Source: Octopus bimaculoides (lineage: Eukaryota). Taken from it: a DNA stretch of 42,570 nucleotides. The notes under the pieces were generated by a model. The model did no database searches, was not told where the DNA came from, and saw nothing but the letters and a program-made list of their open reading frames with translations. The stretch spans positions 52,833,769-52,876,338 of the forward strand of contig NC_068990.1 in the NCBI RefSeq assembly GCF_001194135.2, read 5' to 3'. Position 1 is the first letter of the stretch; each line of letters opens with the position of its first letter. The position numbers and the translations under genes were made by a program. This document shows, in pieces, positions 11,292 to 24,299 of the stretch.

Positions 11292-14125
11292 AGGCCTATT
11301 CCCCATTTTTTTTAGGAGGTGGGTAGCCACAGTAAGACACACATCAGGCATTCCATTCATTTCCCAACTCAAAGGGGCCAGCCCCGTTCTATGCTCGGGT
11401 CAAGGCATAGAGCGCAACCCCCATTATCAGCAGTGGGGCCTGACAGCATATGCTGGTTTACCCCTACCACATCATGCTGGTTCCATACCCCTCTGAGCAA
11501 CATCAATGTTCATTTATCTGTCCACAAACACTATCCAAGCTTTCCTATCATTTATAAACTCTCTTCCCTCTCTCACTCCAACATCTCTAACCACCAAAGC
11601 TTTCCTCACTCCGTCCATCCACACAAACCAAGATCTACCTCTTGTTCTGCTACCTACCACTTCAGCCGCCTTCATCACCCTCCTTACCATCCACTCCTCA
11701 TCCATCCTCTCCATATGGCCAAACCACCTCAACATTCATCTATCCAATTTGGTTGTTAGTTTTTCTCTCATTCCTGTTCATCTTCGCACCTCCTCATTCC
11801 TCATTCTGTCCATCTGTGCCACACCAACCATAGTCCTCAGACATCTCATCTCAAACACATCTAGTTGCCTCCTTTCCACCTATCTCAGCCACATCTCTGC
11901 ACTGTATAACATTGTTGGCACAATCATGCCCAATCATGCCCTTTTCACTTTCATACTCAACCTCTTATCTCTCAGCATACCTTTCACAACTTCAAGTATC
12001 TTACTCCCCTCCCTCCTCCGTATCCCACTTCCTCAGCCACTCACCCCATCTGCTCGTCACATGTGATCCCAGATACTTAAAAACACTCACCTCCTCTAAC
12101 ATCTCACCATTTATACTCACATCCATCCTATCAGCCATTCCATCTCTCGTCACCTTACTCTTAGCTACATTCACTTTCAGTTTCCTCCTCTTTCACACTC
12201 TTCCAAACTCTACCACCTGTCTCCTCAGTTGCTCTTCCAAATCTGCCACCAGTGCTGTATCATCAGCAAACAACAACTGACTCACCTGCAATTACTCTCC
12301 ATTTTCTCCCACCTTTTGGGCTCCCCTACCAAGGGTTCTAGCATTTACCTCTCTCACCATACCATCCATATATAAATTAAACAGCCATGGAGGCACTGCA
12401 CCAGTCCTTTTGTACTCTTCCAGCCATATAACAAACATTCATAAGCCTCACTAACCATTCAATCACTGTCACTCCTCCTTTCTTTAGGCATTCCACTGTA
12501 CACCCATCTATACCTAGCATCTTCTGGTCTGCCATCTTCTCTAGGGATTCCCTCACCTCCTCTCTTCCAATTGCACTGTAGTTCTATTCCCCCAAACAGG
12601 CATTCTCCTCTCTCCTACAGGCACTATACTTGTCTCCCTAACATCCTCCACATGTAACAGCTCACTAAAATACCCTGCCCATCTCCTTCATACATCTTCA
12701 CTTCCTTTCAACAAATTACCATTTACATCCTTCACCCTTTCTTCCCTTTCTCCAACCAAATCAGTTTAGGGATGTGACTGGATGAGTGTCCAAATGGAGA
12801 GTACCCTCTGTACTTCTTTCCAAAACACTTTTTTATCTCTTAGAAAATTTTCACTCAATTTTTTCCTGAACCTTTCACTTGCCTCCCATTTCGCCACTCT
12901 CTTTATTCTCCTCTTCACTTCTCTGTAGTGATCATAAGCCTCTCCATCCCCTTTCTGCAATCACTCTTCAAGGGCCCTTTTCTTTTCTGCCACCCCATCC
13001 CTTACCTACTCATTTCACCACTCACTACCTTTCCTCACACCCATTCCATGCACTATCTCAGAGGCACATCTCATTACTTCCTCTCTAAAAGCCTCTCACT
13101 CCTCCTCCACATTTCCTACCTCCTGTTTCTTAACCTGTTCATATTCACCTCTCAGTTTCTCTACATAAGCCTGTTCTTTGTCTCTCCTATCCAGTTCACT
13201 CACTTTCACAACCTCTCTCCTCCCTGTCGATTGTCTACCATTCCTTTTTGAGCATACCTTCAACTTACCCTGTACTAAGAAGTGATCTGACACTCCTCCA
13301 CTTTCACCTCTCATTACATGCACATCCACCATCCTTCCTACCAATCTTATCAATTAATATATAGTCCATCAAGGCCCTGTCCACTACTATTCCTCCTTCT
13401 ACCATCCACCATGTGAACTTATTCTTTTCCCACTTTTTGAAAAGACTATTCCCCACCTACTCCATACACATTTCCAACAACCTCCTTCCACTCTCATTCA
13501 GACCAGGAACTCTATATTTTCCTACTACATTTTCTACTTCTTCATTTCAAATCACCCAACACCACCACATAACCACTTTCCCCACCCTATCCACACATAC
13601 TGTCAGTTCCCTCCTGAACTCCTCTACTTCTTCCTCACTCCTTTCACTCTCTGGACCATATGTACTAAAAAACACCCATATCTCTCCTCCCCACCACATC
13701 TTAACCCACATTGATCTTGAAGACACTTCCCTCCACTCCGCATTCTTCTTCACATGCTCACTCACCAGTAATACCACTCCCGCACAGCCCTCCCCTTCCA
13801 CTCCTGACACTCATCCAGTCACATCCCCAAAGTGATACTTTCCCTTACCTTTCACTTTAGTGCCAGCACATCCATCCTTCTTCTCGCCATCATGCTTCCT
13901 ATCTTTCTCCTCTTTATCTCACTTGTACTACACCCACATACATTCCATGACCCTAGTACTAAAGTGAGATTTGGTGCTAACCTTCTCCCACCCCCTTGTC
14001 TTTTTCTTGTCTTTTTAGGAATATGGATTTATTAGGAGGAGAGGATTCCCAATCCCCTCGCTCCTGCCCTTTTTAGTCACCTCTTATGCCACACAGGGAA
14101 TATGGCGACTTCATTCTACTGATGA
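11291..14125 (-). mobile_element. Near full-length degenerate RTE-clade LINE (APE endonuclease plus RT), a second family, with an internal RT deletion
   Basis: Minus-strand peptides: GVVLLVS..VSSRSMWVK..STYGP (APE), GVSDHFLV (SDH), PWLFNLYMDG, QLLFADDTALV (catalytic FADD, ~12250-12275), FKYLGS, LDVFEMRCLR, LRWFGHMERM. Many stops and frameshifts. The 3' end abuts (TA)n at 11255-11289. Confidence 0.9.
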
Positions 14126-14904
14126 CCCCCCCCCCCCCCCCCCACCAGATAGTCATACCTAGGACAATGTATTCTAGCAAATATATGTTAGAAAGATTTT
14201 TTACTCAGAGATGCCATCTGCATGAATAACAACTGTTAATGTTATACACTTAGGGCTGTGTTTCAATTAAATTTTATAATTATCTTTAGTTAGCATTAAC
14301 TATGTTAGCACTAACTTAATTATGGTCTGCATGGGAATAGCATCTCTTAGGAATATATTCTCTTGCAAAATTCTTGTTTTCTTTTACACCAACTCCTATA
14401 CATTATTGTGCAGTTATTTAGGGATTTGTTGATTTTTCTCATCACTACTTATGTACCATGAAGTTTATACTTTGGTGATGAGGTGATAATAAGATTGAAA
14501 CAGTTACTGAGTTGTCTCCTGTACTAACTGAAATACTCTATCAGTCATTAATTAATATTTCTGTTTCTTCATTGCATAATTATCTCTAATCAAGTTTTTA
14601 ATGTTCCCTACATCAAATATGTCAACACTAAGATAAACACTGAATCCTGTATGATTGTCTGAGCAATTTATTTGTTAAAATTTTCTGTATTCAACTGGGT
14701 TGACTCAGGCAAGTAATGTCTTGCTATGGGGTAAATGAAACAAAAAAAAAATCTAAAACATTATAGTTTGTTATACACACCATCAGTGTTGCAATATTGG
14801 TGTACTTAAAAAAGACAAGGAGTAACAGCCAATCATTTTCCCTGCTCTATAACTGTAAACTATTATCTATTTGATAGCCCATTCAAAAGTACCTTGGATC
14901 ATAG

Positions 14905-15380
14905 GGTGACATGCTGTGCTTGAGGAGACCTATTGATTCAAGTACATTAACATCAAAATGAAAATCAAATGGAAATTGTAGTTGTGATCCCCGTGCCGGT
15001 GGCATGTAAAAAGCAACATCCAAACGTGGTCAATGCCAGCGCCGCCTTGACTGGCTTCCGTGCTGGTGGCACGTAGAAAGCACCAACCGATCATGACTGC
15101 TGCCAGCCTCCTCTGGCCCCTGTACCGGTGGCACGTATAAAAGCATCAACCGATCGTGACTGTTGCCAGCCTCTTCTGGCCCCTGTGCCAGTGGCGCATA
15201 AAACGCATCTACAACACTCACGGAGTGGTTGGCATAAGGAAGGGCATCCAGCTGTAGAAACATTGCCAGATCAGACTGGAGTCTGGTGCAGCCTCCTGGC
15301 TTTCCAGACCCCAGTTGAACCGTCCAACCCATGCTAGCATGGAAAATGGACGTTAAACGACGATGATGATGATGATGATG
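14905..15380 (+). mobile_element. RTE 3' UTR and tail (5'-truncated), with four tandem units
   Basis: Homologous to 560-1085; unit cores at 14993, 15060, 15122 and 15185; palindrome 15329-15342; (GAT)n tail. Confidence 0.9.
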
Positions 15381-16291
15381 GATAGATGTTTTGCTGCCTT
15401 TTGATTGTTGGTGCACTGTCTTTTATGTTACTCAATAAATCTTTTGAGCTTTTGTGAGAGAACTTCAGTCATTTCATTGTTCCATCACACTATACCAATG
15501 ATGATGCTTATGATTAAGAATCTGTAGTGAGGATTAAATAAAAAATAGTCATATTTGTGTAAAAATTTCCTTTATTTTTTTTTTTACCATGTGATGTTAT
15601 GTTAACTTGTTATTAGTGGAGAAAGTGGAAAAGTAGACTGGTACTTGAAATACTTTGATTTAATTTACTCCCCCCCACCTTTTCTTCTGAGTTCAGTTTC
15701 TGTTCACTGTCTGTCTTCTCACTCATCATATAGATACCATCAACATACTGGCTAATCTAGTCAGCAACAATTCATCAAAAATTTTCTTAAGGGCTTTTTG
15801 GGGAAAAAAAACAAAAAAAAAACATGTTTCAGCCATTTTGAAAATCCATAGGAATGACTCAAACCATAAAGATTAGATGTTTTATAATCTATTGATCAGT
15901 TCTTTATCTTCAAAGAATCCAGGTTTCATACTTCTTTTTCCATTGAAGGTCATTATATTGAAAACTTTATCAATTAAAACTTTCTCTCATAACCCTTTTA
16001 ATACCAACCTTCTCAAGATCATCCTAGGTTCTGATATAAAGTTCCTGTTTTAATGTGATCTAAATCAAAACCTTCCATCAAAATTTCATGTTAAATTATT
16101 TTACTAAATTTCAGCTTAATAACGACAAAGTTATTTTAATGAATTCTTTATTATTTTCAAAATTAATAGAAACAAAGACAGAATGTTTCGATAGAAATAT
16201 TGTAACAAAAGAATTAAAGAAGAGAAAAAAAAATGTATTTTATCCATCTTGTGTATGTATTTGTTTGTCTATGAATGAGGACACTACTACA

Positions 16292-16293
<2 letters not shown>

Positions 16294-16347
<54 letters not shown>
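16294..16347. repeat. (TG)n microsatellite
   Basis: Seen directly. Confidence 0.97.
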
Positions 16348-16350
<3 letters not shown>

Positions 16351-18184
16351 GAATGAGATTATGTAAAGAGTTCAGCTCTTTCTTAAGTGCAAAGTTTCTC
16401 AATGATTTAATTTTAGTGAAACCTAATTGGTTTTTATTGATTTGTCAAAGTTTCATCTTTTCACTGCTATCAGTTATGCTTAAATTTTTGTTTTTTTTAT
16501 TGTTTAAAAAAAAAAATTTTTTTAATGCAAAAATAGATTTCTTGTATTTTGTAAGTAAATCACTTTCTATAGTGTTTGTTTTAAATTAGATATTTTAGAG
16601 ATTTACAATACACTTAACATTTGAAAATGTTCCCCGTTAGCTATATAGCTTAACTTGAAAATAGAAAAGAAATGTTATTATTTTTATCTTTTAGTCTAAA
16701 AATGATTTTTCTTCCTTTGGTGTATAGGTTTGATCATGATTTAAAGTTTCTTTTCACCCTGAAGACTGATATGCTGATTGTAAATGATTTTTGCATGCTC
16801 ATACATACTGTACCCCAACTGCTTTTCTGTGCCAGCATGGCTGGAGATTTATACAAATTGGAGTTGCTGAAGTGTTTTATTAAGTCTTTTTTGATTGCTT
16901 GTTGAAAGTTTCTTTTAAAACTGTAACTCATAATATTTTAATTAGCAGTCATTTACATAAATAACTTAGTTCTGGATCTGCACTACTACATCAACTATAA
17001 GTATTTGATGGTAGAAAGGAAACTCTCTCAGCTATTCCTTAGTTGGTAAATGGTACTTACATTTCTTGTAATAATAATTTTTTTTATATGTCTTAAATGT
17101 TAGATTTCAGTTTTAGAATTATCATTTTTGTTTTTTTGCATATCTCTTCAACTTCTGTGATGTAAACTTGCTAGAAATAACAGGCAAGTTTCTTCACATC
17201 ACACCTATTCATTATTTAATGTAGTTGTGATGGCCATAACTGGAATGTCTTGAATCATAAGTCTACTCTGTTACCAAACGTTACACTACAAATTCACTTG
17301 ATAACAAATCTACTGAATATTTCATCTATAACTATCTTCATTTGTTTTGTTTTTCAGTCAACTAAAGATATGTCATTGTGCATAGGGTGCAGCTTTTGCA
17401 TACCATTTTTACTTTATTCAATCATTCAGCTATGGCTTTCCTGGTCACAAATATAAAACAATAGTCAAGAATTTAAATAAGCCTATTTGCAAACCTATTT
17501 ACACATGAAATAATTAATTATAAATATGGGAGACCAACTGAATGATAGAGAAACTTCTTATTTGGAGATGCACTTGACTGGCAAATGATTTGATCTGAAA
17601 CTGTTGGAACTAAAACAATTACAGAAGATACATATTAGCCATTGCAAAACACAAAAACTGTTAACTTCATGTAAACATTTATTATTTGGTGTAATAATTT
17701 TTTTTATATTGTATGGGGGCAAGAGCAGCACAAGACCATAACTATCTTCATTCACAGGAACCTGTTGTATGACAATTACATTGGTAGATGTCTTTCAAAC
17801 ACCACTATACAAGCTGTTGTCTGTCTGCCTTCCTCTCTGTCTATCTCTCTCTATATGTGTGTGTGTGTGTGTGTCTTCAAATTTGTTTGAATTGATCAGC
17901 ATTTAACGATAGAGTTTTGAGAATGAGCTACATTTGTTCATACCTTTGGTCTGATGGAACATTAACCTAGAGCTATCTCTTTCCTGTGATTCAGAAAATT
18001 GGAAATGGAAATACCTGAGACATTTTGTAGTTACTTTTGTATTGATTTATCCCTGCCATCCCCNNNNNNNNNNTCTCTCCCCACACTGAGGCAGACTAAA
18101 CATTTTCAATGTTATGTCAATTATGATTGTTATATTTTGTAAATATGTAGCCACATCAGTGGCAAGTCATAACAGAAAGATTAA

Positions 18185-18560
18185 GTCGTTCCTTCTGTCT
18201 GTTGACTGGAGTGGCACATTGGATAAATGCTAGCAACTGCTTAGCCTTCCTTGCCAGGGATATACTGACTATGTCAGCAGGACATTGAGTAACTAACAAG
18301 GCAGAAGAATCCTAGACCAATGTCATGAAGGTTATAGTGGCCAAGCAGAAGGTCTATACCATCAAACAACAGTTGGACATCAACAAGTTCTGAGATGCTA
18401 TTGCAGGGCAGCCGCACCATCAGTCATACTCATTGTACACCACTTGGCGTTTGCTGTGGAGGTCCAGAGAGACAGTCTGGATGGGAGGATGACACCAACT
18501 GACTTGCTCACCATCCAAAGTCATTTTGATCAGAAGTTTAAACAAAACACTCAGTGTTAA
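18185..18560 (+). mobile_element. GC-richer coding-like relic, possibly a non-LTR ORF1 fragment
   Basis: Broken frames (MKVIVAKQKVYTIKQQLDINK..IAGQPH..HHLAFA) loosely recall the region before a zinc knuckle in ORF1; the resemblance is weak. Confidence 0.25.
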
Positions 18561-18788
18561 CTTCAATGGACAGCTGGTGAAATATTTAACCTATAATTGC
18601 TATGATTTTCATATTGTTGTTAAAAGACAAGATTAAACTTTTAAATAAATGCTTTATGAAATAGCAATTTCTTTCATTGAGTGAATTCATGCAGTGTGTT
18701 GTTTGGTTCTGTGTCCTTCTTAATATTTCTGATGATTTGGTTGTTTTTTTTCATAATTAAGTAACAGTTTCATATATGTGTGTATGTG

Positions 18789-19112
18789 TGTAGGTATGTG
18801 GTTTAATGGTTAGGGCATTTCACTCACAATCGTAAAGTCGTGTGTTCAATTCCCAGTGACGCGTTGTGTCCTTGAGCAAGACACTTTGTTTCACATTGCT
18901 CCAATCCACTCAGCTGGCCAAAATGAGTGGTACTTTGTATTTCAAAGAGCCAACCTTGTTACACTCTGTGTCACACTGAATCTCCCTGAGAACTATGTTA
19001 AAGGCACATGTGTCTGTGGAGTGCTCGGCCACTTGCATGTTAATTTCATGAGAAAGCTGTTCCATTGATCGTATTAGCTGGGACCCTCGTCGTTGCAACT
19101 GATTGAGTGTTC
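18789..19112 (+). mobile_element. tRNA-derived SINE, second family
   Basis: Head gtggtttaatggttagggc (A-box-like) and gtgttcaattcc (B-box-like); central gttgtgtccttgagcaagacacttt (V/CORE-like); followed by (TA)n. Confidence 0.75.
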
Positions 19113-19670
19113 TTATATATATATATATATATATNNNNNNNNNNNNNNNNNNNNNNNNNNNNNNNNNNNNNNNNNNNNNNNNNNNNNNNNNNNNNNNNNN
19201 NNNNNNNNNNNNNNNNNNNNNNNNNNNNNNNNNNNNNNNNNNNNNNNNNNNNNNNNNNNNNNNNNNNNNNNNNNNNNNNNNNNNNNNNNNNNNNNNNNNN
19301 NNNNNNNNNNNNNNNNNNNNNNNNNNNNNNNNNNNNNNNNNNNNNNNNNNNNNNNNNNNNNNNNNNNNNNNNNNNNNNNNNNNNNNNNNNNNNNNNNNNN
19401 NNNNNNNNNNNNNNNNNNNNNNNNNNNNNNNNNNNNNNNNNNNNNNNNNNNNNNNNNNNNNNNNNNNNNNNNNNNNNNNNNNNNNNNNNNNNNNNNNNNN
19501 NNNNNNNNNNNNNNNNNNNNNNNNNNNNNNNNNNNNNNNNNNNNNNNNNNNNNNNNNNNNNNNNNNNNNNNNNNNNNNNNNNNNNNNNNNNNNNNNNNNN
19601 NNNNNNNNNNNNNNNNNNNNNNNNNNNNNNNNNNNNNNNNNNNNNNNNNNNNNNNNNNNNNNNNNNNNNN

Positions 19671-19790
19671 NACAGATGTGTGTATATGTGTGTGAGCATA
19701 TAGATGTGTGTATGTGTGTGAAGCTGTGTGTATATGTGTGTGAGCATATAGATGTGTGTATGTGTGTGAAGCTGTGTTTCGTATGTGTGT
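19671..19790. repeat. 48-bp minisatellite, at least 2 units, running into a gap
   Basis: Unit gtgtgtatatgtgtgtgagcatatagatgtgtgtatgtgtgtgaagct is repeated. Confidence 0.9.
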
Positions 19791-20522
19791 GTGCAAATGC
19801 TCATGTGTAGCAGTTAATGTGTGCTTGTTTGAGTGGTGTGCATGTATATATTGTCTGGGTTTCTGTGTGCATGTACAACCTAAATATTACTAACACGTGA
19901 CCAGCAAAGAAGCAATCACCATGTCTTTACTATCTGAGTGTAGAGTAATGCCAAGCATTACTCTACTCTCATCTAAGAAGCCAATGTTTGAAGGTAGTGT
20001 TTAGAATCTAGTTTAATGGACAGCCAGCTCCTTTTAATCTGATCCTTTTAATATGTTATTACTAGTGGACAATAGTTCATTCCAGTAATTACCTATTTGA
20101 CTCTGAAATGTAGCAATAAAACTAATGTGACACAGAAACTATTTTCTGGTTTGATTTTTGATTTCTAGTAGCTGGGAGGAGAAAAAGAATGTTGTAGAAT
20201 AATTACTGTGTTTTATGATAGTGAGCATCTCTTTAGAGTTGAGAAATCTACCTCACCTGGTGCTGTTTTGTTATTTTGGTATTTCATCTTTTCTGTTTGT
20301 TGTTTACATAATTTAGAATTTATCAGTTTTATTGCCTGTTATAAGAAAGTAAAATTATTAGCTTCAGTTTAGATCTCTCAATATTATATTGCAGATTGAA
20401 AATAAATGAGTAAACCAACTAAGAAGCAACTAAAAAGTAAATAAAATAATATGAAAATATTTTGCACAAACTGAATTAAGAAATTTAATGACTATACACA
20501 CAGGTATATAAACACACTTATT

Positions 20523-20569
<47 letters not shown>

Positions 20570-21270
20570 TATATATATATATATAGAAAGAGAGAGAGAG
20601 AGAGAGAGAGAGAGTTATTCTTCTGTTTCTTATAGTTATAAACACTTCCCAGTCTTATTGATGCTGAAAATTATCTGCTAATATTAGCATTTTTTTTAGA
20701 CATAAAGCTTTTACTACAAGAATTGTTTTATTTTAAAATTCTATGCATTCTTTTCTCTTTCTAATTATGCCATTTGAAGCCATATTCATAAATATAGTTT
20801 TTATCTTTTAACATACTACTGAGATCATTTTTCCTTTCTGTTTTCTCATTTTATTGATTTGCAATACAAACATATATCATATACATAAATTTTGCATCAA
20901 AATATATTCTTGTGGTTGGAAATGAATGATCAAAGCAGTAGATGATAATAAGCAGTTTTTGGAGGCTAGTTTATTGGTTTTGTTTTTGGTAAACCAAAAT
21001 GAAAATTTGTGAATAGTTTGGCAGTTGTTTTTGTTTCCTTTTTCTTTTATCTTTTTCTCCACTGCCATTCCAAAGCTGTGTTGTAACATAGAAGAGCTTA
21101 TCTCAGGTTTTGAGTTGTTAAGAGCTTCTCACTCTGGGTAGTATGACTTAACTATTGATGATTTGTTCATAGAAACATTGAATGTAGCACTCTAAAATAA
21201 TGAAACACTTGTCCAGTATACAAAGAGCAGCAGTGTCTGCTGCTTATGTAACAATAATCATCATCATCAT

Positions 21271-21445
21271 GGCAGTGGATCAGCAGAAACATTGCAGTGT
21301 TAGACAAAATACTTTTCAATATTAAGTTTCAGCTCTTCATATTCTGTATTGAAATCCTTTCAAGGTTGACTTTACTTTTCCTCTTTCTGGGGGAAATGGG
21401 GGGGGGGGGTCACTAAAATATAGTAGCAGTTAAATACTGGGGTTA
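21271..21445 (+). mobile_element. Highly degenerate SINE, third family
   Basis: aaggttgactttacttttcctcttt..ggggtcactaaaata..gtagcagtt..actggggt aligns with the reverse complement of the 26993/31511 copies. Confidence 0.5.
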
Positions 21446-22562
21446 CTATAACTGACAGCCCACTTCACCAAAATTTCTAACCTTGTGTCTATGTAAGAAA
21501 TAATTGTCGCTGTCACTACTGCCTCCCTCTTTATCCTATGTTCTGTTGATTCTGTCACCTCAGTTTTCCTTATAACCACCCAAACATGAAGAGTTAAATA
21601 ACAAGCAAGTAACATGCTTTACGTAGGGAGCACAATGCAAGGAAAGGACTGACTCTCGCAAACTTTAACTTCTGATTGCCTAGTTATGGATCTAGCACTT
21701 TCTCTTTACAGCTGGTATGAGTTTGTAAATTAATGTCAAAATCATTATGCATAAACAAGTTGAAACTATAGAACAGGAACATTGAACAGACTTGAACAAA
21801 AATCTATTGTTTACCAATAAAGCACAAAACTGACTTCACTACAGCAAACAGTAGTGGACCTGTTTCTCATTTCTGTCTCAAATTGGTGATTATAATATCT
21901 GATATATTAAATTCTTAAATTTGTGATGATTTATTCCTCAAATGATCAATTCTGTACTGAGTGGTTTACTTATTCTTTTATCAGTCCAGCCTGTGACCAA
22001 TGTTGGGGTAGGGCCATCAATATTTTCCTTTTTGTATTCATAATAGTTATTTTGTTTTGTTGCCATTTTAGGTCTATTTCCTTTCATGTAGTTCCACTTT
22101 ACCATTTCTCTAGAAGAGACTGTGACATTACCTGAAATGACACGCTGCACATGATATTCATCAGTATGAGGATATGAGTGCTGTGACCAGATAATCTCTC
22201 TTCCATGATGCGACAAGAAAATCTCTTCTGCAGTTTTACCAACCCTAATCTGCTTTAGATTAAGATAGCACCAGCAGGGTTCTGAAGTGTCTAATCAATA
22301 ATAAACCATTTGGGAACAGAATAAACCAACAAAGGAACTTCTGTGAGGTCATTCAACCTACTGGAAATAACAGGCAAATTTCCTTCCACTCATTCTCTTC
22401 TGTTTTAAAGTAAGATGGTTGGAATGCTTATGATCATAGGTCAGCTCAATCACAGCTGATCTGGGGCTAAACAACCAGCCATTTGTAAAATTCAGAACAA
22501 TAGTTTAGTTAAGGAGTGAGTTTATTTTTGTTACCTGACTTCAGTTTGTATCTTCTTCAGAT

Positions 22563-22634
22563 GGAAAGTTATATAGCATAGACTATGAAAAGTTATGTAG
22601 CATAGAATGTGAAAAGTTATGTAACATAGATCCC
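22563..22634. repeat. 24-bp minisatellite, 3 units
   Basis: ggaaagttatatagcatagactat / gaaaagttatgtagcatagaatgt / gaaaagttatgtaacatagatccc. Confidence 0.9.
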
Positions 22635-23240
22635 AAAACTATTGATAGTGTGGAACCTTTGAATTATATATTTTTGTGTATCAAGAACTCAATACTGGAT
22701 GAGAGAGATGTGTAACCTGAAATATTTTCATTATTACAAGAGTTGCTTCCATAGATTTGAATAGTAAATAGATCGATAACATCTTTGACCTATAATGTCT
22801 ACTATGTTACTATTTCAGCTATAAATCTTGTAGCAGATATTTAGATTAATATATGGACCAAGGTATTTCAAGATTTTGCTGTGGGTAGTACATTATGGAT
22901 CTCAGATTGAGAGAGAGAGAGAGAGAGAGAGAAAGAAATTTCTAATCAAGGAGACTAAAAAATCAGTTAATATATCTTAATATTGTTATTTTGGTTTAAA
23001 TATGTTTTATTGGTAACTAGTTATCTCAAATGTTTACATTTTTAAAATTTAGAAATTTTATTTTAAAATTGTGATGTAATGCATTATTTATTGGTTAAGA
23101 AGTTGGCATAATCAGTGAATATTAAGAGAAAATGGAAAGTTTCCATATATCTTAGTAGAATCTATCAAATGCATTATTTTTATAGGCCGAGTCTTTAAAA
23201 GTTCACACAGTTATTTCTGTCATGCTTATTTATGTGTTCA

Positions 23241-23846
23241 ACTCTTTAGCATTCAGATTACTCTGTCAAATATGATGCTTATTTATTCACATTGTTTTGA
23301 ATTAATCATGCATTATCTCATAGCTTTGAGATTTTGATGATTGTTTATTTTTAGAATGACATTATCGAGTAGGTGAGAGAAGATGTATCTGGTTGGTTTG
23401 AATATAAAGCAGGTAGAATATTTGAGCTTGGATATTACTCTTTTACTTGTTTCAGTCATTTGACTGCAGCCATGCTGGAGCACCGCCTTTAGTCGAGCAT
23501 ATTGGACCCCAGGACTTATTCTTTGGATGCTTAGTACTTATTCTATCAGTCTCTTTTGCTGAACTGCTAGGTTACAGGGACGTAAACATACCACCATCGG
23601 TTGTCAAGCAATGCTGGGGGGACAAACACAGACACACAAACATACACACATATATATACATATATACGACGGGCTTCTTTCACTTTCTGTCTACCAAATC
23701 CACTCACAAGGCTTTGGTCAGCCCGAGGCTATAGTAGAAGACACTTGCCCAAGGTGCCATGCAGTGGGACTGAACCCGGAACCATGTGTTTGGTAAGCAA
23801 GCTACTTACCACACAACCACTCCTGGCCAGTATGCTAAAGTAGGCC
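23241..23846 (+). mobile_element. TTAA-type (piggyBac-like) MITE split by a SINE insertion
   Basis: 23241-23435 is homologous to the reverse complement of 24914-25128; the remainder ggcc..atgctaaag follows the SINE at 23826. Confidence 0.65.
23436..23825 (-). mobile_element. Full-length, relatively young tRNA-derived SINE (2213 family)
   Basis: Complete head-to-tail reverse-complement match to 2213-2532 plus the tail tactcttttac. Confidence 0.92.
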
Positions 23847-24299
23847 TTAAATATTACTATTGATCATTCTGACCGATTAAAAAACCCTTTATAAATTTTG
23901 TGATAGTGTTTGTTCATCTAATAGGATTATTTACCTTAAACTATTTGTATTTTGCTTTTCTATCTTTATCACTAAATTATTTGGTTGGAAATACAAACTA
24001 CCATTTTCTTTGGTACCTCAGCATGCTAACAGACAAGTAGTTGAAAGTAGCAAAAATACGTTTATTTGATTAGTTTAGTTAATTCTATTCAGCACATTCA
24101 CACACAGCACCATGATGCTAATCATCTTTAAGGGTTTTAGTTAATGATACTGACCTCTCCCTTTCCTTAGCACTTTGTTTTGTATTTATTTTATTAATTT
24201 TGGAAGATCTCATTGGATTTCTTATTAATTCTTAAGCTACCATGTATGACAATTGTTATACAAGCTGAGACCTTTGTCTCTACTTCATACCATTACACC

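Noticed and set aside
11319-13835. Plus-strand Ser/Leu/Pro/His-rich ORFs
   Set aside because: Antisense frames of the purine-rich minus-strand LINE.
19046-19810. Long ORFs spanning N runs (also 2498-2824, 6849-7615, 28694-29014, 34537-35634, 40037-40645)
   Set aside because: Artefacts of assembly gaps.
21145-21220. ttgatga..GAAAC-actt-GTC as another hammerhead
   Set aside because: The first box is mismatched and neither stem I nor stem II pairs.
21389-21409. G-run as a functional G-quadruplex
   Set aside because: It is a homopolymer expansion inside a decayed SINE, with no other support.
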